The notes: generated by a model from the letters alone, not told the origin. Numbered from the stretch's first letter, positions 52,251 to 63,519 are shown. The stretch: 64,000 nucleotides of DNA from Torpedo marmorata (GCA_977017645.1 OZ360222.1:157790001-157854000); one strand, 5' to 3'. Made by a program: numbers and translations.

Positions 52251-53879
52251 TGTTTTTTAAAAAAAAAAAAACATTAATTAAACTTAGTTTCCCATGTTGA
52301 TAGTACTTATGCTGTATCTAAAACAGGCCAGTTTGAAATGTTAGTGCCTATTGATATTTAAATGTAACCTACTGGCCTGTTTTAAAATAAAACTCATGGG
52401 TAAATGGTTGATGGTGTGTTTCCACTACAGACACAACGCAGTGGGGTAAATTGAATTAACATTCTCCCTGAGGTAGGGAGGGAAATAAGCCAGAATTTTC
52501 ATTCTGAATTTGTATGGGGAAAGTATGGGTGTCAGTTACAGAGCTGAATGGGCTTTACTGTGATAGCCTTTTGTGTTTGAACAGTTTGCCCTGCTGTGTA
52601 ACAAATGGTTACTTCAGTGACTTGTGGATTTGATTCCCAATATGAGCCATTGGTTTTGTCAGACTTGAATTGGATGAAAAACCGTTTACCTTTTTTCTCC
52701 ATTCATAAATCTATAGCATCATTTGGTAACTCAAACACCTTTGAGTGTAAAGCAGGTCTGTTACCCTCAGAGGGTACAGCTAAGACACAAAATGACACCT
52801 TTACTAAATTTTTACTAATAGTTGGTCAGAACTCATCCTCTACTGCTATCTCGTATCTGACCTATATCTCAATCCTGTATCCGTGATTTGACTTGTTCAG
52901 TGCTTAATAGTTCAATCAACGTACAGTTTCTGGTTTCTACAACTTGTGTTTTTTTTTTAAATACTGAACTTGATACAACCTGGGTCATAGTCTCTCAGAA
53001 TCATGCGCAGGGTGGAAAAATGTACCATTAAATGATAATTTGATTGTACGAAGTTCATTTGTTGAGGTGCACAGAAGTTATTGACAAAACATTCATTTTC
53101 TCACTGCATTGTGGAAAAGGTTCAAGCCTGTACTTTTATCCCAAAGTTAGAGTTGGTTTAAAATGAGGTACAGCAATTGGGCTCTACCAGTTTTGCCATT
53201 AAATTTTGAGGTGCGAACTGCCGTGCCAGAATTAGTCAATTGGTACACGAATATTTGCTAAATTAGTTGATCATATGTGGGTGCTGTATTTTTGGAATCT
53301 CGCAAAGAATTGCGATAAAAGTGTAAAAACTTTGTTGTCCTCATAACTGGATGATTTCCTAACCATTATTCTGACCCCAAATCTCCAACTTAGATGTAGG
53401 TTTAAGTGTTTAATTTATAAATAAAAAAATCAATTTAGCCAATTTAATTATGGGAATAAATATGTTTTTTTTTAAAAAGTCTAAGCTGGAAAGATGAGTG
53501 CACTGCTTCTGGGTTTTTAATGACCAAAATAAAAATCAGTAAGAGTATAGATTTACAGTTTGGAGGGGGTTGTCCACATTTTAACTTGGATTGATCATGT
53601 AAATATTTCATTTAAATAATGGGGGGTAAATAAAGCTTTTATTGGAAATGCCGATTGCAGCTGTAAATGATTGGAGTGAGGAGTTTACTTTATCATGTTG
53701 TTTACTCTTCTGTGGGAGAATATAACTGTACAGAGCCTAAGCAGTACGATACTGCTTTCACTCCCTTGTTTGCAGGTAAGTATTAGAATGTAGTTTTAAT
53801 AATGCCAATACAGTATTTATTTTAAATGCTTGATTATGGAAACTATGTTAACATGCTTTGTCGCATTTATATGCTACAG

Positions 53880-53919
53880 GTTACAAAGTGAGAGCCTTGT
53901 TTACACTTCAATACTTTAA
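53880..53919 (+). CDS. EWSR1: EWSR1 alternative terminal exon in intron 8 (G|LQSESLVYTSIL*)
   Basis: ctacag acceptor in frame with exon 8; matches the recalled tail of the short human isoform, LQSESLVYTSIL...LSRQHNEKWD. Confidence 0.75.
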
Positions 53920-54411
53920 ACTATTTTGACTGAGCCGGCAGCATATTGAAAAGTGGGACTAGACACGTTTTCTACATATGTATGGACAAAAAAAAATGTG
54001 TATGGTGTATGCAAGTGGAGTAATACATAAAGCATGGTATTGTACACTTGTAATGTAAACATGGTATTTATTATTTACAGTAATATGTAATTTATTTGGA
54101 AGTTAAAAGAATAATGTAAAACTAGTGTAACGGTTGCTTAACAGTTCTGTTATAAAACTGCATGCACCAACTTTAGTTGTTGAGACCCTGTTACTGGCAA
54201 GTCAAACAGTGAAGGTGTATATGGTTTTTGAGGGTGTACGAAAGCTTTAGGAGAACTACTGTGAAGAAAGGCAAACTCGCAGATGAAAACTGGTGAAACT
54301 TCAGAGGCCTTAGCCAGTGCTTTTAAAGAGACACGAGTTTCATCATTGAGCCTTAGGCTCAAGTGGTACTGGCATAAGGGATACTTCATTTCTTCATATT
54401 TGTCCCTGCAG

Positions 54412-54446
54412 CGGTGTCGACCGGGGTGGCTTCAGTAAGCCTGGTG
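54412..54446 (+). CDS. EWSR1: EWSR1 exon 9 (GVDRGGFSKPG)
   Basis: ctgcag acceptor, gtaagt donor, phase 2 to 1. Confidence 0.93.
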
Positions 54447-54588
54447 GTAAGTTTTTAGTATTAAAATGGTTAGTCAAATACATTGTGTTTGCAGTCTGTG
54501 ATTTGGGGAAATTCTTTTGCATAGTAAAAGTTTGCGTGTATACAAAATTCAACACGTGTCAGCTGCTGGCATTAAAGTGGGTCTGCGT

Positions 54589-54822
54589 TAAAATGGGTCT
54601 CAAATTACCTGATACAGTGGTGAATATGGAAGTATAAAGTGACTAATCACTTGAATGATGGGTTTTTCCATAAAATGGGTTTCAAATTACCTGATGTTGG
54701 TGGTGACTATAACGTGTAGAAGTGATTAAACACTTAAGTGAGGGGTTTACATTAAAATGGGTTTCAAATTCACGATGCTGATGATGAATATAGAAAGTGA
54801 ATAACCACTAAAATGAAGTGGT
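54589..54822. repeat. Degenerate 82-bp tandem repeat, 3 copies
   Basis: taaaatgggt(c/t)tcaaatt starts at 54589, 54671 and 54753. Confidence 0.85.
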
Positions 54823-55055
54823 ATAAAGCACAAAATGGTTTATTTATTAAAAAATTAAATGGGGGAATTTTTAAAAATAAAATTGTAATTTTAAATTTTA
54901 CTGAAGATTTTCACATGGTATGGTCTTGCATTCGCAGTGCATCTCAGTTGAATGAATAACCAATAAGAGGTGCCGGAATTATAGGTCTAGGTTTTAAAGG
55001 TAGTGGTTTAGTGGGATGCAAAGTAATGGTTGTATTCCTTTTTCTCTCCATCCAG

Positions 55056-55091
55056 TCACGGCCGTAGAAGAAACTCCGGAGCCTGAACCAG
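55056..55091 (+). CDS. EWSR1: EWSR1 exon 10 (VTAVEETPEPEP)
   Basis: Strong pyrimidine tract with ccag acceptor, gtaatg donor, phase 1 to 1; peptide is divergent. Confidence 0.8.
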
Positions 55092-55309
55092 GTAATGATT
55101 AAAATTCTTATCAGGGTTCAACTTTGCGCGGCCCCTTTTTTATATTGTTGCCTTTCTGTTGTGTGTATTTGAAATGCTTGTCTCTTGTTATGTCCCTGCT
55201 AGGATATTTTGTAAGTAGCAATGGATCCTGTCTAAATACGGGCAAAATTGTCGCAAGCAATTATTTTAGTGTTGCTTCTCTTTAAAATTCTCTTTAGAAT
55301 TATTTTAAA

Positions 55310-55547
55310 TTTAGACATACAGCACGGTAATGGGCCCTTTCGGCCAACAAGCCCGTGCTGCCCAATTACACCCAATTGACCGTACAACCCCCGGTATGTT
55401 TTGAAGGGGGGAGGAAACTGGAGCCCCCGGGGAAAACCCACGCAGACACGGGGACAACGTACAAACTCCTTACAGAGCGCAGGATTCGAACCCTGGTCCC
55501 GATCGCTGGCGATGTTACAGCATTGCACAAACCGCTTCACTAACCGT
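55310..55547 (-). mobile_element. V-SINE/HE1-like SINE
   Basis: Reverse-complement homologue of 52006-52250. Confidence 0.85.
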
Positions 55548-55906
55548 GAATTTATTTAGTCTATTTTCCACATTTGTAGAGGGTTTGGATTTAAACATCT
55601 ATTTTGGTGTGCTTTTCATTAGTGTCATGTGGATCAATCACTAACAATAATTGTAAGACTAGTACAGGAATGTTGTTTCTTGCTATTTTAAAATGTTTTG
55701 GAATGTTTTACATTTCGGTAGCTTTGCTTTCCTTAGCTGTGACTTTGTGTTTTGATAAGTTGAGAACATGTTCTCCCCTTTGTATGGTATATTGGCTTTT
55801 GTTTCAAGAGGCTTTGATTAGAAGAGTAAAAAAACATTTGCCAAAATTATATAGGACCACACATAGAGTTTAACATAGTTTTTTTGGTGCCCTTGCCTTT
55901 AAAATA

Positions 55907-56640
55907 CTGTATTTGACGGCGTATAGAACCCACTGGCATATAGGGACCCCCCCCTCCCCATTTTTAGCATGAGATTTCAGGAAAATTTTGTTAGTGTATT
56001 TACCTTCACAGCAGCAACACGTCCTCCTGCCTGCCGAGGCTCGGGCTGCTTCCCCCCCCCCCCCCACCGTCCAAACGCTAATTGATTGGTGTGCCGGGAC
56101 CTGCGCACGAGGGTGGGAGGGAGAGAAGCCAGGACAGAGGGCAGGGCCCAGGCCCACTGTCACGGGGAGCAGACAATCGATCGCTTGCTTTGAGGGGAGC
56201 GCTGGGCATCCGTGATCAGGCTCCACGCTGAGCCTTTGTTTGACACGCACGGCCCCCCGAACAGATTGAATGAGGCGCTCTTCCCCTTCCCCTTTCTCGC
56301 CCCCCGAACAAAGCCTGATCATCGAGGCCCAGCACTGTTGATGAGAGCAGGAGGGAGAAAGCGGGCGGGAAGGAGAGTGCGGGTGGGAGCAGGCATACAG
56401 GAGAGCGAATTGGAGGGAGAGTAGCAGAGAGCGAACGGGAGGGAGAGAACGAGCCTTCTTACTGGGGGAAGTGAGTGAAAGCACGGGCCACTCAAGGGAA
56501 GGTGGTCCGCGAAGCTGCTGGCCTGCTTCCTGGACTCCACTCGGTGCCCAAAATGGCGGCACCAAAATGTCACCTTCGCGTTTTTGAGGCGATTTTTTTG
56601 GGGGGAAAGGGGGGGTGGTCTTATATGCCGTCAAATACGG
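55907..56640. mobile_element. Tc2-like MITE, GC-rich
   Basis: TIR C(T/C)GTATTTGACGGC(G/A)TATA, TA TSD. Confidence 0.85.
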
Positions 56641-56801
56641 TAATACTCTTACTGTAAAGAGTTTTTAAGCAAACACCTACCAGGCTAGTCCATGGAATGA
56701 CCGATTTGTTCATGAGAGCAGAAAGTGGTGTTGATGTAAAAAATTGGCCAGAATAATATTAAATCATGGTTCAGCCTTTACTGTTCCTTCTATTCTCCAC
56801 A

Positions 56802-58911
56802 TAGTGCCCTCCATAATCTTTGGGACAGACACCATTTTCCTTTATTTGTCCCTGTGCCCCATAGTTTTAAATTTGTAATCAAACAATTCACATGTAATTA
56901 AAGTGCACATTCCAGATTTTTTTATTCAAGGTTATTTGTATACATTTTGGTTTGACCCTGTAGAAATTACAGCACTTTTTATACATAGTCCCCTCATTTC
57001 AGGGCACCATAATATTTGGGACATTTGGCTTCACACGTGTTTGAGAACTTAGGTATGTTTAATTGCTTCATTGGTGCAGGTATAAGAGAGCTAGGCTTGC
57101 TTCTAAGCTTTTGATTACCTTTGGAGTCTGCAGTTGCCATTTTTTTCAACTTGAGGACCAGAGTTGTGCCAATGAAAATCAAAGAAGCCATTATGAGGCT
57201 GAAAAACAAGAATAAAACAGTCAGAGACATCACACAAACCTTAGGTTATCAAAATCAACAGTTTGGAACATAGTCAGAAGAAAGAGTGTACTGGTGAGCT
57301 CAGTAATCACAAAGGGACTGGTATTCCAAGGAAGACCTCCACTGCTGATGACAGAAGAGTTCTCATTATAATGAAGAAAATTCCTCAAGTATGTCCGACA
57401 GATCAGAAACACTTCAGGAGGGTGGTGTGGATATGTCAATGACTACTGTCCCCTGAAGACTTCATGAAAGGAAATACACTAGTGAGCCACAGAAAGGGTG
57501 ACCAGATTAGTTTGCCAAGTATTTAAGAGCCTGCAGAATTCTGGGAAAAGTTCCTTTTGACTGATGAGACCAAGATAAACCTGTATCAGACTAATGGCAG
57601 CAGCAAAGTGTGGAGGTGTAAAGCAACTACCCAAGATCCAAAGCATACCACCTTTGCCATAGTTTGCATCTGGCAGAGTAGCCTCTATATTTATTTTCAA
57701 GAAGTTTTCTGCAGACAGAAGTCATAGACCTGCCTTCTGAAGAGTGTTTTGTGATCTGCTGGACATGCATTTGGGGATTTTTCTTAATTTATGATGAGAA
57801 TTCTTCTGTCATCAGCAGTGAAGGTCTTCCTTGGCCTTCCAGTACCTTTGCAATTACTGAGCTCACCAATACGCTGTTTCTTCTTATTGATCAAACAGTG
57901 TCTTTTATGTAGCAAAGGTAGAAATACATAACCGATGTTTCGGGCTTAAGCCCTTCATCAAAGTATGAGAAAATGCTGGCAGGCGTCCGAACAAGAGTGG
58001 GGTGGAAGGGGGGGTGGCAAAGGCAGGAAATGATAGGTGGAGAAAGGAGGGAGGGGACAGCAGCAAAGAGAGGCAGGCTGGGTGGGTGGAAAAACTGGAA
58101 GGACAGGGAAGGGGGGGGGGGAGGGGAAGGAAAAGACAAGCAGGTTTAGTGGAAAGCAGAAAAGTCAATGTTAATGCCATCTGGCTGGAGAGTGCCCAGA
58201 CGGAAAATAAGATGTTGTTCCTCCAATTTGCGGGTGGTCTGGGTGGGATAGTCAGCCATCCCTCCCACCCAGCCATCCCTCCTCCCACTCTGCTGCTGTC
58301 CCCTCCCTCCTTTTTCCACCTATCATCTCCTGCCTTTGCCACCCCCCTTTCCCCCCCCCCCCCTTACTCTTTTGTTCGGACGCCTGCTGACATTTTCTCA
58401 TACTTTGATGAAGGGCTCAAGCCCGAAACGTCGGTTATGTATTTCTACCTTTGCTACATAAAAGACACTGACCTGCTGAGTTTCTCCAGCATTTGTGTTT
58501 TTTACTTCAACCACGGTGTCTACAGAATTTTGTGGTTTACTTCTTATTGATGTCCAAACAGTTGATTTTTGTAATCCTAGAGTTTGGGTTGATGTCCCTT
58601 ATGGTTTTATTCTTGTTTTTCAGCCTCATAATGGCTTCTTTGATGTTTCATTGGCACAATTCTGGTCCTCATGTGGAAAACTGGCAATTAGACTCCAAAA
58701 GTGATCAAAAGCTTAGAAGCAAGCCTAACTCTCTTATACCTGCACCAATTAAGTAATTAAACATACCTGAGTAATCACAAACACCTGTGAAGCCAAGTGT
58801 CCTAAAACATTATGGTGCCCTGAAATGAGGGGACTATATATATATTTAAAACTAGAGCACAGGGGCAAATAAGGTAAAAAAGTGACTTTGTCCCAAACAT
58901 GGAGGGCACTG
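56802..58911. mobile_element. Tc1 derivative with two inverted 5' halves
   Basis: CAGTGCCCTCCAT ends; transposase N-terminus (KIKEAIMRLKNKNKTVRDI) present on both strands. Confidence 0.8.
57892..58539. mobile_element. Penelope-like insertion with inverted termini, nested in Tc1
   Basis: 12-bp TSD cttcttattgat (57880-57891 and 58540-58551); hammerhead-like core 58405-58432 with an inverted copy near 57935-57961. Confidence 0.85.
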
Positions 58912-59054
58912 TACATTCAAATAGCATATTCACTGTTAACATGGGATTAAAGATTGATTTAGACCTTTCTTGAGGGATAATGATACATACCCCTTTGTAA
59001 TTTAATGTTTTGTTTTTGTTTGTTAAATTTAATTCTACATTCCTCCCCCCACAG

Positions 59055-59224
59055 TTGCAGCAGCTGAACCACCACCCCCACCTCCGGCTCCAGCTCCAAC
59101 CCCGACCCCAACCCCAGCTTCACAGGAAGATGTGGAGAATGACACAATCTATGTGCAAGGTTTGGGGGAAAATATAACTCCAGAAAGGCTTTTGGATTTC
59201 TTCAAGCAAACTGGTGCTATAAAG
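59055..59224 (+). CDS. EWSR1: EWSR1 exon 11 (Pro-rich linker and RRM start)
   Basis: ...NDTIYVQGLGENITPERLLDFFKQTGAIK, phase 1 to 0. Confidence 0.93.
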
Positions 59225-59304
59225 GTTTGTTGATTGATGTGTGCTGTTGACTGTGTTTATATTGGTTTTTCCGTTATTATAACTTCACAATTCTCCATTT
59301 GTAG

Positions 59305-59434
59305 ATCAACAAAAGAACTGGACAGCCGATGATCAACATATTCATTGACAAAGAGACTGGAAAACCCAAAGGTGAAGCCACTGTGTCGTATGATGACCCT
59401 CCTGCTGCTAAGGCTGCTCTGGAATGGTTTGATG
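59305..59434 (+). CDS. EWSR1: EWSR1 exon 12 (RRM)
   Basis: [43 protein letters not shown]. Confidence 0.97.
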
Positions 59435-59513
59435 GTATGTTTTTCATGCTCAATATAATACAATATAATACTGTTTCATTTGTACTGTAGTAATAATTTC
59501 TGTTCCCTTCTAG

Positions 59514-59681
59514 GCAAGGAATTTGACACAAACCCAATCAAGGTTACTATGGCTAAAAAGAAACAGCCACCGCAAACCCAATCCCAGCTCCAGCAGCCAC
59601 CACCACCACTATCATTTAATAACATGCGAGGCAATGTTCCTCTCCGTGATGGCAGAGGTGGTGGGCTTCCTAGTCGAGGAG
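59514..59681 (+). CDS. EWSR1: EWSR1 exon 13
   Basis: GKEFDTNPIKVTMAKKK...PSRGG, phase 1 to 1. Confidence 0.93.
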
Positions 59682-59787
59682 GTGAGAATCTACATTACCG
59701 ACCAGGTAATACAGTTTTAGACTTTGTGTTGGGAGGATGGTTGTGTACCTCAGCTTGCTTTCATACTAACCCAGTGGTCCTTACCTG

Positions 59788-62255
59788 TTTTTTTTTAAAT
59801 ATTTTATTTAAAATTTTAAATCACAATAATACATTTTATAAAATGCAAAATTATCAAAATACGATATCTCCCTCCCCTCCCTAAACCCTCCTACCCTTAC
59901 TATTCTAATAACATAGAAAGAAACAAAAAGATAAACTATGGAGAATGTCAATCTAAAAAGAACACGTATAAGCTAATTTTATTGTGGAACACAGGTTCAC
60001 CAGTCAGATTTGATATCCAGAGATCTTCAAATCCTTAGACCCACAGTTTTTATATATGGGCTCCATATTTTCAAAAAGAAATGATATTACGTAAATTATA
60101 AGTAATTTTTTTCAAGTGGTATAGCTGAACGAAGTTCTGCATGAAATCTTTCTAACCCTAAATCTACATCAGACTTCCATGTAATGGCAATGCATTTCTT
60201 AGAAACAGCTAAAGCAATTCGCAAAATTTCTATTTGATACATATTTAATCTCATTTTACTACTAATTATAATATCTCCAAACAAAAATATTATAGGATCC
60301 ATTGGGAGTGTAATTCTTAATACTTTGTCTAAAAACTTTTTAACTTCCAACCAGAAATCATATATCTTTGGGCAAAGCCATATCCTGTACAAAATAACCC
60401 TCCTCTCTATTACATCTGAAACATAAACCTGATAATGTCGGATTAAATTTCTTAGGTGTTAAATATAATTGATGCAAAACATTATATTGCACTAACCTAT
60501 AACTAACGTTAATAATCTTCTTCATACTTTGTTTACATATTTCTTTCCAATGTTCCTCATCTATTGTAATATTCAGATTTGATTCCCATTTTAATCTTGA
60601 TTTATGGAACTAGACTTAAATGTTAATATAGATGAAAATCATTGGAGAGACTTATGTAAATTAAGTATGACTAAAGTTTTGAATGTTAGATATAGACTAG
60701 TACAATATAATTTCTTTCATCAATTATATTTAACATCTAAAAAATTAAAGAAATTTAATCCAGCATTATCAGATATGTGTTTTAGATGTAAGAGTGAAAT
60801 AGGCTCTTTTGTTCACTGTACATGGTTATGTTCAAAAATTCAAGACTTTTGGTTGAAAGTTAAGAATTTTTTAGAGAGAATTTTTAATGTTGTGTTTACG
60901 ATGGATCCTATGTCATTTTTATTTGGAGATATTAGAAAATTTAGTATTAGAAATAGATTAAATATGTATCAGGTAGAATTTTTATGTATAGTTTTAGCAG
61001 TTTCGAAAAAGTGTATAGCTATTACTTGGAAGTCAGATCTAGATTTAAATTTAGAAAGATGGCATGCAGAATTACGTTCATGTATACCATTAGAAAAGAT
61101 TACTTATAATTTGCGTAATAAATATCATTTTTTCTTGAAAATTTGGGGCCCATATATGAGAATTATGGGTTTAACAATTTAAATTCTCTGGATATCGGAT
61201 CCACTGGCGAAAATAACCTCTATGGTAGAATTAGTTTGTAGCTTGTTTTCTCCTCACTCTATTTTTCTATCTTTTTTCTTTTTCTCTTTTTTCTTTTTCT
61301 TTTACTATATTTTTTTATATATTTTTTTTTAGAGTAGTGGGGATATAGGGGTTAGGGAGGGGAGGGTGGGAAGGGGGGGAGAAAATGTATATCACATGTA
61401 TTTTCAAATATATGCATTTTATTCTATGTATTTTGTGATTTAAAAATTTAAATAAAATAAAAAAAAAATTTAAAAATCTTGATTTATGAATTCCTAATTT
61501 AGGCATTTTTCTCTGTAACAATCTATACATTTGATAAATAAATTTATTTACACCCCCATTAGTAACTAATAATTCCAATTCACTTTGTCTTGGTAAAATT
61601 AAACTATAACCCAACCTTTCAACTAAAAATGCTCTAATTTGATAAGCAAAAAGTGTATTATTTAATAAATTAAACTTCTTTCATTCTTTGAAAAGTAATA
61701 AATTTACTATCTTCAAAACAATAATTAATTTTTTTAATTCCTTTTTGAAACCAAATTTTAAATGGAATACGTTTATTTTGATATAAAGGCATTTTTCAAG
61801 AAATTAACCCTTTCCCTCCTATCTCCCTATCCATTTTATTCCATATTTTAAACAAATGTTTTAAAATAGGAGAATTATTACCTTTCCTTAGTAATAAATT
61901 AGAATTCCATTTATAAATAACTTCTTCTTTCAAATCCTCTCCTATATTATTTAATTCTATTCTAATCCAAGCAGAAGATTTTTCTAAGTCAAACATTTCA
62001 TTAATAAATTTTAATTGAGCTAATTTATAATAATTTTGAAAATTGGGAAGTTGTAAACCTCCCATTTTGTAATTCGTATGGAGTTAATTTCTCCATACCT
62101 ACTCTAGCCAACTTTCCTTTCCACAAAAATTTCCTAATAATTAAATTTAAATCTTTGAAGAATTTGAGGAATTTCATAAGGAATTGATTGAAAAAGATAT
62201 TGAGTTCTTAGAAAAACATTCATTTTTAATACAATTTACCCTTCCTATTAAAGTT
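59788..62255 (-). mobile_element. L1/Tx1-clade LINE, interrupted
   Basis: Same family as 24490-27545; poly(A) at about 59788. Confidence 0.9.
60607..61474 (+). mobile_element. Same-family L1 3' end nested in opposite orientation
   Basis: Open ORF2 C-terminus (60604..61182), A-rich tail, 14-bp TSD aatcttgatttatg (60593-60606 and 61475-61488). Confidence 0.92.
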
Positions 62256-62803
62256 TGACTTTGTGTTTGAATGTCATTTGTCACATGATTATTTCTGAAG
62301 TTCCTTATGTCTCAGTTGGTGTGGTTACTTTTATGGAAGTTTTCATCTCTGATCCAGTTGATGTTCAATATTCTGTATTTTTCAATGATTGATAGCTTGG
62401 GATGGACATCTCATTGTTCTTGTGTCTGCAAAATTGGACAGGTTCCTCTGCATTCTTCCAGCATTGTTTAGCCCTGTAAAATAAACGACACTAAATGATG
62501 CTTGTGAAATGTCATCTTGGAGCTGTTCTAGCATCTAATTGTTGGGGAAATCATGATACGAGGTCTCTTTTTTTTTTTTTAAAAAGTAAGATTAGGGGTT
62601 TTTGAGGACATTGCAAAAAGCTACATTTTCTTTTGAAATATTTGCATGCACTTAAGTGTGTAAAACTACCTGAACTAATTTTGTGTTAAGCCAAACTTCC
62701 TGATAAGTGTATAATTCAGTGTTTTGAGCTAATTGACACTTGCATATTTTTTTTATTTTGAATATTTCCTACTGACTAAAGGATGAATATTCCTGACTTT
62801 CAG

Positions 62804-62918
62804 GACCTATGGGCCGTGGTGGAGGAGGATTTGGTGGACGAGGTGGGCCACGCGGACGAGGTGGGCCTTCTGGAGGAAATACACAGCAAAGAGCTGGTGA
62901 CTGGCGATGTCCTAACCC
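62804..62918 (+). CDS. EWSR1: EWSR1 exon 14 (RGG, start of RanBP2 zinc finger)
   Basis: GPMGRGG...NTQQRAGDWRCPNP. Confidence 0.96.
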
Positions 62919-63006
62919 GTATGTCAAGCTTGGTTTGAACATTTTATTCACATGTTATGATTCTGGAAGCAAAATTGAACAAGTGTAATGCATATTTTAA
63001 TCTTAG

Positions 63007-63101
63007 AACTTGTGGAAATTCTAACTTTGCCTGGCGAACCGAATGCAACCAATGTAAGGCCCCAAAGCCAGATGGCCCTCTTCCACCACCATTCCCTCCA
63101 G
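63007..63101 (+). CDS. EWSR1: EWSR1 exon 15 (zinc finger)
   Basis: [23 protein letters not shown]. Confidence 0.97.
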
Positions 63102-63299
63102 GTAAGTTAATTATTGTCAATTATAAATTGTCTCTTGGATCCATATTGCAAGCAGTGAGTTTTGAATTTCTAATTTGAGCACAACCAACTTTTTTTCCAT
63201 ATATGAAAGGATTGTTTTCCACTCTTTCCCCCAAGAATATAACAAGTGGACTTTTCCAAAGACTAGTAAAGAATATCTTAGCCTGATTTGATTTCATAG

Positions 63300-63519
63300 G
63301 TGATCGTGGTAGAGGTGGCCCCATGATGCGTGGTGGCCGTGGAATGGATCGTGGGGGTTTCAGAGGAGGCCGAGGTGGTGACCGTGGCGGCTTCCGAGGA
63401 GGCAGAGGTGGTGATCGAGGTGGCTTTAGAGGTGGAAGAGGAATGCTTGGAGGCCCCCCAATGGGAGAATTGATGGGTTTCAGAGGTGGACGTGGCGGAC
63501 CAGGAAAAATGGATAGGAA
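63300..63519 (+). CDS. EWSR1: EWSR1 exon 16 (C-terminal RGG region)
   Basis: DRGGFRGGRGG repeats..GPGKMDRK. Confidence 0.96.

Noticed and set aside
55870-56634. 254-aa minus-strand ORF
   Set aside because: Lies almost entirely within a GC-rich MITE and shows no recognisable domain
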